DNA of 64,000 bases. Origin: Minutocellus sp. GHC0000111 (Eukaryota). Shown piece after piece: positions 11,267 through 25,228 of the stretch. The position numbers and the translations under genes were made by a program. The notes below the pieces were generated by a model. That model made no database searches, had not been told where the DNA came from, and worked only from the letters and a program-made list of their open reading frames with translations. Positions within the stretch are counted from its first letter, which is position 1; each line of letters starts with the position of its first letter. The DNA is taken from positions 682,001 through 746,000 of the forward strand of contig OZ361257.1 of the NCBI GenBank assembly GCA_977018835.1. The letters run 5' to 3'.

Positions 11267-11499
11267 CTCACGCCTTGTGAAAGTATAATCGTACGTACTC
11301 TCCGGACGGAACTTTGCCGCACTCTTCAAGATGGTTGTGATACGCCAAAGGAGCAGCAATAAAAGTTATGGCTTTAACGCCCCACGCGTCACAACATTTC
11401 ACGTGGCTCGTGGAGAAAACTTACCGGGAACAAGAACGGGAACAATAAATGCATTAGAACGGGACCTCAACATTTTTCGATAACGCGTTCTTGTGCGGC

Positions 11500-12263
11500 A
11501 GCTCTCTAACGCAAGTGTCTCGCCGATGCCGAGGCTAGCAACAACGCCGACGACATTGTAGTGATCAGTGAAGGTCAATATTCTGCCACCGAGAAGAAGC
11601 TCCACGGCGCGAGAGGAATGAAGGAACTAATATCCAACTATCTCAAGAAAAGTAGCAGAAAGCCCCACGGTCGTGCCGAGTGTCGATGCAACCAAGCATT
11701 TCAACTCCTCGCAAAGGTGTGCTTTCGAGCTGAACGTTCGGGATTTGAGCTATCGAATGCCGATGGAATGAAGGCTCTGGGAAAATGGGACGAAATCTGC
11801 AAGCACACTGCCGATAGTTGGAGTGTAGAGTCGGAGGACGACAACGAGAAGGGCATTGCCCAGCAGATCCTGGATGTTATGGAAGAATCGAAAAAAGTGT
11901 CGACGCCGATGCCAGGAGAAGCTCGACGATGCCAAAATCCAAGAATTCTCTCTGGAGGTCATTAGTCTGGCCAAATCTTGGCGCGAAGTGTGCAAAACCT
12001 TTAGCGACGACGACGACTCCAAGGGAGTGTTTGTTAAGTTGCACCATTTAGAGCATCATGTGCGTCCATTTATGATAAAACATGGATTCTATGGCCGTGG
12101 GTCGGAGGAAGGATTTGAGCAGGCTCACAATGAGTTTGATTCTGACGCAAAAATTGTCTCAAGAATGCCCTGCCCGGTCAACCGAGTCAATGCCTTTGTC
12201 CGTGGTGCATGGTGGGGGTGGGGGTGGGGGATACAGGCAAATAAGCGAACTTTAAAAACGTAA
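11500..12263 (+). mobile_element. Degenerate DDE transposase fragment, Transib/Chapaev/RAG1-like C-terminal region
   Basis: VKLHHLEHHVRPFMIKHGFYGRGSEEGFEQAHNEF fits the K-x-H-x-L-x-x-H...G-x-x-SE-x-x-x-E-x-x-H catalytic-Glu motif. It is split over two frames (shift near 11930) with stops upstream. No TIRs found. Confidence 0.55.
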
Positions 12264-12406
12264 CGCATCTACACACATTGTAGAGAGATCAATGGCAATT
12301 AATTTCATCTACAGGTATTTTTGATCTGTTCTGTTTAGGTCGCTTCGTATTTATTTTTAATCGTACATGTACCGGTACATCAATTCAATTCATTCATTTG
12401 TGGATC

Positions 12407-12424
12407 TACTACTACTACTACTAC
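12407..12424. repeat. (CTA)n microsatellite
   Basis: ctactactactactacta. Confidence 0.85.
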
Positions 12425-12492
12425 CGTGCTACCTGTACCGGTAATCGCCATCACTCTGGCAGCAGGTCAACTTCAACACTAGCTAGCTAGAC

Positions 12493-14657
12493 TCACAATT
12501 TTTCAGCAGCTCCATCTTCATCATTGAATCCACTCTCCCCATAGGCCACCTCCTGCTCTTTATCCACAGGTAGATTTGCTTCATCATCCTCTGTCTCAGG
12601 ATCGTCCATGACATCCTCTGTGGCAGCGTACATACCCTGGAGCTTGGCTCGCTCGTCGTTCCTGGCCTCCTTCCTCTCATCGCTCTCCCAAAAGGCCACG
12701 GCGTTGTAGAAACGCTGAAATAGCTGCACAAATGCGAAGCCAACGATGAGGCCGAGAGCAAGGGAGCAAGATATAACCATGAGATTTGAGAAAACATTGT
12801 CCTGGGTAGAATCCAATTCGTAGGTCTCGTAGGTAAAGTCCGTTCCTGCGATGGGAACCTCCTTAGTGGTGAGAGGTGGTGGAAAGATGCTGTTGAACCA
12901 CAGCTTGGCAATCATCGAACCAGGGACAAGTTGGTAGACAGCGGGCATGAGCATTGCCCAGACATTGATGGATTCAGCAGAAATGATGGTATCGATAAGA
13001 AGGTCTTCTTCCTTCTTCGAAAGTTCGATATTCGTCTTGGAATTACCAGGGTCACGAATCTCTGCTGTCTCCCTTCGAAGCTTCTTTTCTAGCTCAATTT
13101 TCTCCACTTCCGATCTGCGCCCAAGTTTGAGTTTAGCAGAGAACTTATTCTCGGCAGCGACAATGGCGTAAAGAACATCGTCGACCTTGCTCTCCGAATC
13201 ATCACGATGCTTTCCTCGCTGAAGGAGCTGGGCATAATACTTTTGTTGGATTACATCAACCAGGCGACTCAGTAGGCACGCTGTCACCACGGCCGCGGCA
13301 GCTCCGAGGATATTCGAAGCCATTGTGTCGATATTGTCTTCCACGGCCACAGAGGAAGATCGGCGGACGAAGAATTCAAAGACTTGATACTGCACTTCGT
13401 ACGCGACAAGTTGGACAGTGAGTCCGCGCCAGTAGCTCACGACGGGAAATCGGTACTGCGCAAGAGCAAACACGGAACAGGCGAGGTAAAGCGGAATGCG
13501 CCACCACTGAGCTCCAAGGTCGATGGAGCCACAGTTTTCACTCTGCTCCAACCAAACATCGGCGGGGGATGGTACTGTCAGGAGCAATCCAAAAGAAGCT
13601 CCGAGGCATAACACGAAGGTCTTGATGCTAACTGCCATGAATCGTGTCACTCCAGTCTCAAGTTCTCCGGCGATGATCTCGAGCAGACCGAGTACAAAAG
13701 CTGTACCATAAAAGTACCAGTAGAGGGTACCCAGGAAAATGGACGACAGGCAACTTGATTCGCCACCGAAGCGGTAAAAGAGGCCGCCAATGATACCCGT
13801 GATCGTACCGCAACTGATGTCAATCAACACCTTGGCCTCGCCACCTATCCAACAAAGGAACCACTCCAGCAATCCCGCGGCCAAGCCACAAAGCGCGGCA
13901 ATGCCAGCATCACGCCAACTGCCTGAGAAGAAAATGACTGCGCATGTAGCGGCCAGACCGGGATAAACTACAATGCGGCCTGGGAAATCGCGGAGGAACA
14001 CACCGCTTCGAGCGGTGTGGACATTTGACTTCACCTCCATCTGGAAGTTGAGAGCCTCTTGGACGGTGATATGCCCATCGCAAAGAGCACTGGCGATCTT
14101 CATATAGAGATCCTGGTACTCACTGTCGTAATCATAAGGTACCTATTTGAGGATGTTGGATGATGAAATAAAAGAGTTAGATGTAAATTGCCAAACCACA
14201 TGATGTCGATTGCCACGCACCTCGTTACTAGACTAGCTAGTATCCTTTTCCCTTCATCTATAACTGTACTTACCTTACGGTGAAGCTCATAAGCACCATC
14301 ATCAACACGAAAGATGAGACGGATAACGCCCAAATTCCACGTCATTCGAAGTCCGAAGGTGTCCTTGATGCGCTGGAGGATCTTGCCGGTCAGCAGCGTC
14401 ATGTGCCAGGCACGATGCATCTCGATGGCGGTACGCATGGTAAAGACGAAGAGGAGGGCATATTCCTCGGTGTACTTCTTCTCGAGTTCCTTGTAGACGC
14501 GAAGCATATCCGGCGGAAGCTTCTCGACTTCAAACTTCCTCTGGGATCGCGACACCACGGATTCCAACCCGGCGCGGTGGAGACTGCCGCTGACGATGCT
14601 CACGCCGGCGATCTTCCTCTTGGCATCTCCCGCCTTTTCTGGGGTTTTGGAGGTCAT
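12493..14657 (-). CDS. Multi-pass membrane protein, threonine/serine exporter (ThrE-like); 2 exons (intron 14143-14273)
   Basis: Splicing AAG|GTAAGT...AATAG|GTA joins the two ORFs in frame (ELHRK-VPYDYDSEYQDLYMKIA). About 10 TM segments, with motifs FFSGSWRDAGIAALCG and MPAVYQLVPGS. Confidence 0.7.
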
Positions 14658-15559
14658 GTTGAATGAATGCGAATGAACAACCGATTTGTTCGATTTGGTT
14701 TGGTCGGCGACTCGGGGTCAATTCGTAGTTATCAAATAATTATTAGGAATTCCTAGCTAGGGGCGGGAACGAGATTCGTCAATGCTCGTCGGACAGTCGA
14801 ATGACGATAATTGGCCTTGCAGTCTTACGTCTCTTGAGCCAGACAGAGAATTTTTCGGCTGCGGCTTATGTCAATAACAGAAGGCAACGAAGAAAAATTC
14901 CCTCCGTCCGAGCAAATGCGTTGAGGGATAGCGAATAGCTCCGGTATCTAACTAATGAATCGAATCTGGTCTTGGTCTTGATCAGTGCGCCATCAGCGAC
15001 GAACTCGAACGTTTTCGGCCAACACTTACTTATGGTCCAAAATAAAAAGTACAAAATAGCAAAGCTTGTATATTTTTAGCATTCGAATTTCCTTCCATGT
15101 CCACTTTCGGACAGCTGTCAGAGCGACACACATATCTGGTCCCGCCCATTGGCAGCCAGACCGCCACTAAATTCGAGTCAGAACTTTGTGTCCGTCCTCT
15201 TGGAGGTGGCAAGGGTGCATGAGGTGGAGGACCGCTGTATCCAAGGACTAGTTACCTTAGTTTGCCAATTATCCGCCGCAGATAAGCTAAAAGACATCCA
15301 ATCAGATACGCCCATCCACCCGAACCGCGTCTGCTGCTACTTTGCGATAAGTGTTTGTTCCGAGAATCGAATTATTATCGGAATTTGTTGACACGTGCTT
15401 GTGCCATCTCTGCCGACCTGCTCTAGTTAGTTGGCATTTCCCGCCTTCAATTCACCGGTGGTCTAATTTTGGAGCTATTTGACTACGGCTTAGGCCATCG
15501 GTATCTGAGGAGGTGCTGATCGCGTCGGTTTCTCACTACTTTCGAATCCATCGTTTGAT

Positions 15560-17203
15560 ATGGCGATGAGTGAAACCGACATGAATCAAGCCAGTGAGCC
15601 AATGACGGCTACTATCGCATCTAAATCTGCGCCCGCTGCGGTTCGAGAGGCGATAGTGTCAGACAAGGTGGTAAATGCGGCACACAATTCAGAAGACAAT
15701 TCCAATGACGTACCTGTCTCAACGGTCGTTCCATCAGATGTAGATAAGAATGACCGCCCAATATCGCAAGTAGTGAAAAACCAGGACGAAAAACAGTCTG
15801 CATCCAATACCGGTGACGCATCATCGGAGGAAGAATCGCCCAAATTGGTGGCAAATCTGAAACAGCCACAGGAGGTTGCCATCCCTTCACACGCTTCGAA
15901 TCCGGTTAGCCCAAGCAGCGTTGAAGATGATGCCTCCAAGTCGACGATCGGTGGTCCAGATACTGCCACATGTAATATTCCACTCGATTCGGTAGCAGTG
16001 ACCAAGAAGCCTGAAAGTGCCGTCGCTGGGGAAGAATGCGGCGCGATACGTGCCTGTATGCCCCCTATTGATACGAAAACAAAGAAGGGAAAATTATCAT
16101 CAACACCAAGCGATTCGCTCCGAAGAGGGAAATGGACGCCAGAGGAAGAGGCATACGTGACAAGGGTCATTACCGATTTCAATGCTGGCGTCCTTAGGGC
16201 ACCGCCGGGGACGACGCTTCGAACGTACCTAAGTGAGAAGCTTAACTGTGATCCGATGAGAATTACCAAGAAGTTCACGGGGGAACTTGCAATTGGGAAG
16301 CGGGTGTTCCATGCACTCCCCAGAACTGTTCTCAATGCTGCAAATATCGATAAGGCGCAGGTAAGTGTATTTATTTTACTCGTGGTCTGTTCTCACTTGA
16401 CATATATATCAACTACCTCCACGATTCCATTGCTCTTATAACATCCACCCTCATTTTGTCATTTCTACTGTCCTCAGTCGGAACTGGACGAGCTGGAAAG
16501 AAAGTGGAGGAAGCGACTCGAGATACAAGAGCAGGAATCGGCAAGAAAAGCCGCTGCCTCAGCTGCAGCTGCTGCGTCTGGACATCTCGGCGATCCCATC
16601 AATAGGCTTGCCGATGCTCAGATCAAACGGAATCTTATTGCAAAGACGGCTGCTTGGCTAGACCGAGCTGATGCGATATTGTCCGTTGGTGGTAAAGCGG
16701 CCTCGTCCTCTACCGAGGATACCAGTGAGAGCCTGTCAAAGCCACTAAAAGATGAATCAGCCGATCAATTGCCCAAAACTATTCTGGAATCACAAATAAA
16801 AGAAGTGGAGAAGCTTCTCAACGAAGGCACGTTAATTCAAAAGACATCCAAAGGTCTTCCAGAGCTTCTTCAAGGCGCGGCTGGATCAAATCTAGCCTCT
16901 TCTTCGTCTCCAAATGCAAACAAGAAAAAGCGAAGCGGTAGCTTTTCAGGGGCAACGACCACTGACGACGAACAAGGAACAAAACGTCCGAAGCGATCGT
17001 TTTCGACAAATCATTTGCCCAACTTGCCAACCAGTGCTTCTAGTGCCGCGGACACTGCTGACACTGAAGGAGCTCAGGCATTGGTCGGGCTTTTGAATGT
17101 AAGCAATACGCAGCTTCAAGCAAGGCCTTCAACTTCATCTACCGGTAGTACAACTGCAGGTACAGGTACGACGAACAATCAGTCGAGGCGCCATTCTGAG
17201 TAG
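15560..17203 (+). CDS. Stramenopile-type Myb-like putative transcription factor; 2 exons (intron 16361-16477)
   Basis: LRRGKWTPEEEAYV...GTTLRTYLSEKLNCDPMRITKKFTG. The GT-AG intron joins in frame to SELDELERKW. Confidence 0.75.
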
Positions 17204-17896
17204 GATCGTCGCAACTTTTATTATCGCAACTCTATCGCGAAAGGGACAATCAAACTGTCATGTACACTATCAGCCAACGTGTGGTTCTCCCGACATGGAG
17301 TCGGATAACTTTACAACAAGGCCAATATGTCCTTCTCGCAGAACAAGAGTTGATGAATCATCATGTATCAATTTCCATTTTTGAATTCAATCCGTTCCCT
17401 TACCCTTTCTTCAAAATCCGCGATCGGGGAAGCAATTACACGAAACAAATGCATTGCAAATCGCAAAGAAGGAGAGGGTGGGACGGAGAAGGAAAGGTAG
17501 ATTTCACTTCTACAAAATGCTTTTTGACTATGGCACAAAATAGACACACAAAAGCCATCAGCAAGTATGATTGGTGGGACGGCACATAGAATAGAATATC
17601 GTGCGCCAAAACATATAAGCGTAGAAATGGTATCCTTTTACAGTATCATTACCGTAGATCTGCTCTGCCCCCGTCGTCGATTGAATGAATCATCAGAGTC
17701 GCGTTCCCTGCCACGATATTCGATTCGCTCGACTGCATCGATCGGCAAAGGACGGCAATCGCAACCCGCTTCACTTTTGTATACACCATCCACCGTGGAG
17801 CAAGTCAAGCACCACGGCAATTCGCTCTTTTTGCATCATCCACCGTGGAGAGCAAGCACTACAACGTACTAGTAGGCCTACCAATGCCCTAACCCA

Positions 17897-19111
17897 ATGA
17901 ACGCCCAATACGATCGGATCCTCTCTGCCGCGCAGCAGAACCGGCCCGATGTCATTCATGCCATGGTCAAGGAGATGAGCTGCCCACCGGGACATGGGAA
18001 TCAGGTTGGGCAGACGGCTCTCCACATAGCGTGTCTGTGGGGCCACCGAGAGGCAGTGGCTGCCCTCATCGAGCTCGGTGCTCCTGTCAATGCTCAGAAC
18101 CGAATGGGCGGTTCCACTCCCCTTCACATGGCCGTTTCGAGCAGCAAGGAGCCGTTCTCCAATCGCATTGAATGTGCCCGTATGCTCATCGCTGCTGGAG
18201 CCGATCCCGAGATTGCCGATTTTGGGTATGGCAAGGCCTCTGGCAGTACTCCGCTCGACACGCTCGAAGATGAGGTGGAATCGGACATGCTACAAGACGA
18301 CGACAACGTCCAGGAGCTGCGCATGGTTTTGACCGGCGGGGGAGGTATTCAGCGGCCTGCGCTTTTTGACCTCATCGACGTCGATGACCTCGAGAGCATC
18401 AAGACTTTGTTCGAGGAATCTACGGAGGGACTCGTCGATGTCGACCGAAAGACCGGCCTTACGCCTTTGCAGTACGCCGTGGACAAGCTCTTGCTTTCCA
18501 TCGACCATGATAGTGGGGAAGAAGGCCAAGGCCACTCGAGCAAAAAGCTCGCTGACATTATCGAAGCGCTGCTCAAACATGGGGCCGATGCCAACGCCAG
18601 CATCAAGAAACGCGTCAAACGGGGAGATGATGCAAGCATGCTTCTGACCGACGATGGATCGGACAAACCTCTGCACAAGCTTTGCCTGGAATTGACTACA
18701 CTCTACGCCTCTTCCTCCTCCGACGACGATATCATCGCAAAGGGTGCGATTGATGCTGTCGAGAAAGTGGCCAGTGCATTGGTCAAGATTGGAGGTGCCA
18801 AGCCCGAGAAAGCAACCATGCTCCTACTCCACGACGCCTGCCGTCGTGGCAATCTTCGCATGGTGCAGTTCCTCATCGAGGTGGTCGGCGTCGACATCAA
18901 CCATCGTGGAAGGCAGGGCTTGACGCCTCTTCACTTTGGCGCCCGATCCGGCAGGGCTGAGATCGTCGAGTGGCTCCTATCGTACAAGGGTGTCGATGGA
19001 ATTACAGTGGACACTACGATCCAAGATGATCGCGGCAAGACGGCCTTGGATGCCGCCCGTGCCAATGACAAGGCCGATATTGTGGCGCTGCTCGAAGAAG
19101 TCACCGCTTAG
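17897..19111 (+). CDS. Ankyrin-repeat protein
   Basis: GQTALHIAC, GSTPLHMAV, GLTPLQYAV, GLTPLHFGA and GKTALDAA. Confidence 0.9.
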   Translation: MNAQYDRILSAAQQNRPDVIHAMVKEMSCPPGHGNQVGQTALHIACLWGHREAVAALIELGAPVNAQNRMGGSTPLHMAVSSSKEPFSNRIECARMLIAAGADPEIADFGYGKASGSTPLDTLEDEVESDMLQDDDNVQELRMVLTGGGGIQRPALFDLIDVDDLESIKTLFEESTEGLVDVDRKTGLTPLQYAVDKLLLSIDHDSGEEGQGHSSKKLADIIEALLKHGADANASIKKRVKRGDDASMLLTDDGSDKPLHKLCLELTTLYASSSSDDDIIAKGAIDAVEKVASALVKIGGAKPEKATMLLLHDACRRGNLRMVQFLIEVVGVDINHRGRQGLTPLHFGARSGRAEIVEWLLSYKGVDGITVDTTIQDDRGKTALDAARANDKADIVALLEEVTA

Positions 19112-19340
19112 TCAGTTCGAAAGATAGATAAGAAAGGAAGCCCAATTCTTGCTCAAGAAAATGTTGAGTGTTTGCCATGGTGTGCGAATTTCGGTACAAT
19201 TACTCTGCACATTCCAACGTACTACACCGGGAAGAATAGAAACAAAAAATAGAGCAACGGTTATATTGACATGGTTTTAGACACTTTTCAGGCAGGAACC
19301 AATGCATCATCATCTGTCCCCCGTCTAACATGTAGATCTT

Positions 19341-21665
19341 CTACCACCGACTTGAGGCAAACGACCTATTATCATCAAACCCCGACACCACAGTGCGAGG
19401 GTTCGACGCATCAAATGGCATGCTATCGCTTGTTGTACCAGTTGCAACGCTCTCACTACCCTTCACAGTGCTAGAGCGACGCGCCCTATCCTTCAACTTG
19501 CCAAGAAGAGAGCCAGAGTTACGTCTCTTCATTTTTGGCCTTTCATCCTCTTGCGAAAGATCCATCGAATTGTTGTATTTATTCATGATATCGAGCATGC
19601 CCTGTCCTAATAACTGATCGTCGCTGTCGTTGCCTTCCCTCCCGTGGAAAGATGTCGAAGTTGCGAGATTATCATGCTTGGTAGTTCCAAGTGAACGTTC
19701 CGATTTTGATCCCTTTGAGCGGACAAATTCACCGTTCAGTCTTTCACCAGAAGAAAACACCCTTTCGTTTGCAGCGCCATCTTGTTCATCAGAGTCGTCA
19801 CTATCGGTACCGTCGATGCCCAAGTCCGCGAAACCTCTGATCTTATCAGCACTATAGCTCCTCATCCTCTCTTTTGGCTTGGCCTTTTCTTTCGATCGCG
19901 ATCGATCATGATGCGTTTTCAGCTTCGATTTAGAACCCACTCTGTATTGTCAAAAATAGTTGGAATCATTGGGGACATTAGAATAAACGAGATCAATCAT
20001 GCGTGCCGTTGGTTCATCATCTTATAGGACTAGGTGCAAAATGCAAAAAGGCAGTCTTTATGGGCATATGTATGTATTGGCCAGCACAAAGACGTTGACT
20101 CACCTCATCTTCCCTAGTTTTCGCCGCATTCGCTTCGCCTCATCCTTTTTTTCCAGGTCCAACATAAGGTCTCGATCTCTGGCCTCTTTTCGCAATGCCT
20201 TTACTTCGGCCTTGAGCTCCTTCACAAGTTCTCGAGTTGCGTCCATTTCTTTCTCCATTTCCCACATCTTGAGGACCATTTTTGATATCTCCTCTGACCG
20301 TTCCTTGCAAGCTCTGCAGCAGCTCCTAGGATCTTTGTCTCTCTTGCTATTCCTTCGTTCCAGCTTATCGAGGCGGCTAGAAGAGCCACTCTTCTTAAGC
20401 CCCCTTTCCGGCCGAGAAGGTCCTTCCAGCCGGTCACGTCGTTTCCGAATCTCTTTTTCTGTGCTATCCTCTGAGTCTGAAGACATATAATCATATTCTT
20501 CGAGATGGCCTACAGATCGAACCTTTCTTCGAAGCCCATCGCGTGAACCTGACCGCGAACGCGCCGAAAGCCGTGTTGAATCTCTCAATTTACCTGCGGA
20601 ATGGCTTCGCACTCTCCTCTCATTAGAAGCATCAGACCTTCTCCTGCCTCGGGCCTTCTCGTCGTGGCGGTCCCTGGTAGAAGGATCTCTCCTAGATGAC
20701 TTGTCTTTAGACGATCGATCTTTCTCCTTGGTCGATCGGTTGCTCTGCCTTGAGTTGAAGCTATCATGCCCGATCTCTTCCATGCCAGAGGTTACAAGCT
20801 TCTGGGAGGAGCCACTCCTGCGCATCGAAGACCTTCGATCAGTCTGATCCTCCGGAGGCCAGGTCATCTCACGGCCCAACTCTGTCTCGGGCAGATCCTC
20901 GTTGAGCAAATCGGCAATGTGGGAAGCCGATCGAACTATTTTCTTGCCACTCTCTTTGGCTGATCCAGGCAGGGGCACAGATACGTCGCTCACTCCCTTG
21001 AAATGCGGTGGCTTCATTTCGGACCCATCTTCGGGTCTCACTGCGTTCAAATCCAAGTCAGTGACACGGCAATGATTCTGTCGAAGTTGTACCAGTCGAA
21101 CTGCCACAAAGAAGTCTGCTTTGCTCAACATCTCCAGAGGGTTGGAGCCAGCACCGCGGGAGGAACTGCCGCCTCCCGATCTGGCGGTCGAGATCATAAC
21201 CTGCAAATGATTCGCGGGCAAACCCGAAAGGGCAAGGAATCTTGACGCATCATTCACCGATATACCCGCTCTTGCAATTTCGTCGGAGCTGTGCCCACGC
21301 CGCCGCGCACCCGCCGTGGCCGCATGGAACAGCCCTTCATAGTAAGCCTGCAGCGGTTCGGTTGGAAGAACGGGATGGTGAATTGAACATAAATGTTGTG
21401 AGCAAAATGACTTGATGGTGCTTTGCACCTTGTGTAATGAATAAAAAAAAATGAGGAGAAGAATGCAACAAAGACAAAACAAATGAAGCTCAAACGAACA
21501 GCAACTACACACCTTCTCATTTTTGGGAGGAGTAAAGGAGAGCGTGGCCGGTACCTCGCTGCCATCATCGTCTCCTCGAGGAGCTCTCGCCTTGTCCTCA
21601 CTTGTTCGTCGGCGAGGTTGTCGCTTCTCGCCACGATCGCTTTCTCGATCTCCACGTCCGGACAT
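19341..21665 (-). CDS. EH-domain-like protein with a coiled coil and an RS-rich disordered region; 3 exons (introns 21348-21512 and 19942-20103)
   Basis: After splicing: NEK|AYYEGLF...ASRFLALSGLPANHLQVM...LSKADFFVAVRLVQLRQ, an EH-like pattern. The second GT-AG intron joins KMR to VGSKSK in frame. Confidence 0.65.
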
Positions 21666-22409
21666 GACGGCGCGCTCGTGCTCGTGAACGCGGTGTCGTC
21701 TAGTAGTTGATGATCCCCTCCCTTCGGTGGCATCTACTCTCTAGCTACGTAGCAAGAATGTGAGTAGGCAGTCCTGCCTTGTGTTCTTTGGAAAAAATAT
21801 GAGGAATGCGGGGAGTTGAGTTTCTCCGAAAATCGCTCGCTCGCCACACGCCGCCGCCTCCTACGCAGTCAAGAGAGCTAAGATTTCTCTCCCTTGTAAA
21901 GCTTGGTTAATACCTATGGTAGTTTGGGTTCAGGGAAGGAAGGGAAGTGCGTGGCCCCGGCACAGCAAACTGGGGCAATTGCTTGGTGGTGCGGCGGGCC
22001 AGCCAAGTGGTGATCATGCGGCTTTTGCTTGCACCCGCACAAGCGCACAAGCTGTGGGCGTTTTATTATACCGTCGGCCGGTCGGACGGCATCCGAATTT
22101 TTTTAAGGCGTTTCTGCCTTTTCTGACGATGAGAACCCCCCGCCCCACGGAAACTCTTCATCGCCCGCCTGCGAACCTCGCGAGCCGCGCGATAGCGCTG
22201 GCCCCTTGACTGAGGCTGACATTAGTCACATCCGAGCGAGAGAGCGAGCGAACCGAACTCAAGATCAACTGCCCGCCCACTCCATTTCTGAATTGAATCG
22301 CCCAATAGTCCGCCCATCCATTGTAGATACACTCCCTTCACTCTGATATTTTCGCCAACACCAACTTAACTTAACTTGCCATACACCAACTCAAACTTGT
22401 CTTGACGCC

Positions 22410-24199
22410 ATGCTGCAACGAGCCAAACAGAAGATCCAACAGCTGAACGAAAGCGTCAATGCTTCTCGTTTGGGAACCTTCTTCGAAATGGACGATCGTG
22501 GGACTAATCTAACTACCGAACTCCGAGCTGCCACCGCGACGTTTCTCACCACTGCGTACATACTGGCCGCTTCATGCAAGCATACTGGCCGAGAGCGGTG
22601 GCACGCGCTCCCGATGGCAACATATTCGACCCTGATTATGAGATGTGCCTGAAGCAGCTCAAGCGTCAATATGTCACCGCTACCGCTCTGGGCAGTATGA
22701 TCGGCTGTATCTTGATGGGAATCGGTGCAATCTTCCCATTGCTCTCTCTCTCCTGGCATGGGAATCAATGCCTATTTCACTTACAACTTGGTCGGCTGGC
22801 GTGGTACTGGCAGCGTCCAATACGAAGTCGCCCTGACGGCAATCATAGTCGAGGGAGCAATCTTCCTTGTACTTGCATTGACCGGGTTCAGATTTGCTCT
22901 CGCAAAGCTCATTCCAGAACCCATTCGTCTCGCCACAGCTCCAGCTATAGGGGCGTTTCTAGCACATCTGGGTTTCCAAACGGCCGAGGGATTGGGCATT
23001 GTCGTGAGCGATATTGCCACAGCGATCACTCTCGGCGCGTGTCCGGAAGAAAAGAGGACCCCGATTGTGGCCTATGATGATGCCTGTGCCTTGGATGGCA
23101 TCTGCATCGTTTCAGACAGCTACACTTGCGACGTACTTGGAGGGAAAATGACATCTGCCACTTCTTGGCTGGGAATGTTGGGACTACTAATTATTGTTGT
23201 CCTCCTCGCGTACAGGAAGCGATCTGGAATTATCGTGGGGATTTTATTCGTTACAATCATCTCATGGTTTAGAGACACCGCCGTCTCTCATTTTCCAGAC
23301 ACTCCCGAAGGAGATGCTCGATTTGATTACTTCCGCCAAGTTGTTGCGGTCGAGCCGATGGATATGATTCTAGCCAAGTTCAGCAACAATCTCCGTGGAG
23401 CTGGAATTGCACTGCTGACGTTCCTGTACGTGGACTTTATGGACACGACCGGCCCTTTGATTGGCTTGGTGTCCTATCTGGGATACATGAAAGAGGACGG
23501 TGACTTTCCTCGCAGTAGGGCTGCATTCTCGGCAGATGCCATAGCCACCATGATTGGATCGGTTATTGGTCTCAGCCCAGTCACTTCGTACATTGAATCG
23601 GCTGCAGGAGTTGAGGCAGGAGGAAGGACTGGACTCACGGCGGTATTCGTCGGTGTGTACTTTGCTCTTTCTGTATTCTTTGCGCCAATATTTGCTTCTA
23701 TTCCTCCTTGGGCTACTGGATCAGCTCTCATTGTTGTTGGGGCCCTTATGTGCCGAGTCCTTGCAGACATCAAATGGAAGAGGGTTGACAACGCCGTCAC
23801 CGCGTTTGTGACCATCATGTTGATGCCACTGACATACAGCATAGCTTATGGTCTGATCGGTGGACTCATGTGTAAGCAACTTTTGTCATGCGAAAGTTTT
23901 TCATACACCATGCATAATATCTGTTGACTCACAAGTATATTTGCAAATTAATTCATTTCATTACTCTCAATTTTTACCCTCCAGGCTGGGTAGCGCTTCA
24001 GATAGTCTTTCGATCCTTAGCTCTTGTGGGCATTAAGCTCCCCCAGGACGAAGAGCAATCGGCGTTTGGTGGAGCCATTTATCCAAGCCCGGCTCGGGAT
24101 AAGGATGGTGGTTCTGCCGATAAAGCAGAGGGATTTGTGGACGAGGAGGGAGGGGACGATGTACCGGTAGATGAATCGATTACGAATCCCATCGAATGA
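22410..24199 (+). pseudogene. AzgA-type adenine/guanine permease (NCS2), frameshifted near the 5' end (pseudogene or assembly indels); intron 23872-23984
   Basis: [69 protein letters not shown] and MPLTYSIAYG. About four frame changes between 22565 and 22760. Confidence 0.8.
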
Positions 24200-24466
24200 G
24201 TAATCACATGGATACCAATGGTACAAGCGTGCTGAAAATAGAAATTAGAACTTAGAATTTGAAAGAGAGACGAGAAATAGAATGCTCTATTGCTACGTAG
24301 GTCGATAAAGTAAATACACCAACAATTCAGAGTAAAACTCCTCCCACCACATGAGTAAACTGCATTTTCGTATCTTCGTTCTTAGAATACCGGTAATTAA
24401 AGGATGCCGCACAAGCTCGCTAGAATTCAAAGGAAGATATAGACCCAAACAAAATAAAGACAACAA

Positions 24467-25228
24467 TTATGACAGCTGATCAATGAGCGAGCTTCTCATG
24501 TTGGTAACAATATCGGACTGTTGGGCCTGTCCTTGACGTCCCTTGGCTCCACCAGTGAGCTTGAAGATGGATTCAATCACCGAAATTTCCGTCGATGTGG
24601 TGTCCAGACCAACGAAGGCAGCCCAGTCGTTCACAACCATACCACCTCCTAACACATCCGAACCACGGTTGACAGTACCAGCAACGAGTGGAACCTGCAA
24701 TAGCGACGATAGCTCTTCGATGTCCTCTACAGTTGTTCGGGGATGGACCATGCCACCCTGATTTGTAAACTTGCAGTAACTTCCAACAAGCGCCTGTCCA
24801 GCGACGGTCTGGCGAAACACTTCGACGCCCAATACGTCAGCGATGACATCCTCCGTTTCTCTATCGACATCGGGGTGGACAAGAGCCACGTGATCATTGC
24901 AGGCTACGATATTTCCCAGGGCAGATAGACGCTCTTCAACTCTCTGAACTACGACCGAATCTGGAAGGGAGTTGCGAATGTGGCCCAATTCCTGATCAGT
25001 GGCGGTATTGGGAATGAGAATTCCACGTCGATTACCGACGGTAGTGCGGCCAACGAAACGGCAGCCACCGATGGTGGCATGCACGACGGGGATGTGATCC
25101 GAAAGCTCGGCTTCGAAAACGGAGTAGAAATTCTCGGATCCGCCAACTCCTGTGAGGCAGTATCCATTGGTCAGCGCCGCAAAGACGCCAATTTCATTTG
25201 AATTCTCGTGCTGACAACGCGTGGCCAT
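24467..25228 (-). CDS. EIF6: Eukaryotic translation initiation factor 6
   Basis: [25 protein letters not shown]...[11 protein letters not shown]...VAGTVNRGS...[16 protein letters not shown]. Confidence 0.97.
   Translation of the reverse strand: MATRCQHENSNEIGVFAALTNGYCLTGVGGSENFYSVFEAELSDHIPVVHATIGGCRFVGRTTVGNRRGILIPNTATDQELGHIRNSLPDSVVVQRVEERLSALGNIVACNDHVALVHPDVDRETEDVIADVLGVEVFRQTVAGQALVGSYCKFTNQGGMVHPRTTVEDIEELSSLLQVPLVAGTVNRGSDVLGGGMVVNDWAAFVGLDTTSTEISVIESIFKLTGGAKGRQGQAQQSDIVTNMRSSLIDQLS

Noticed and set aside
11370..12300. TIRs around the Transib/Chapaev-like fragment
   Set aside because: Only weak CCCCAC/GTGGGG complementarity; no convincing TIR or TSD.
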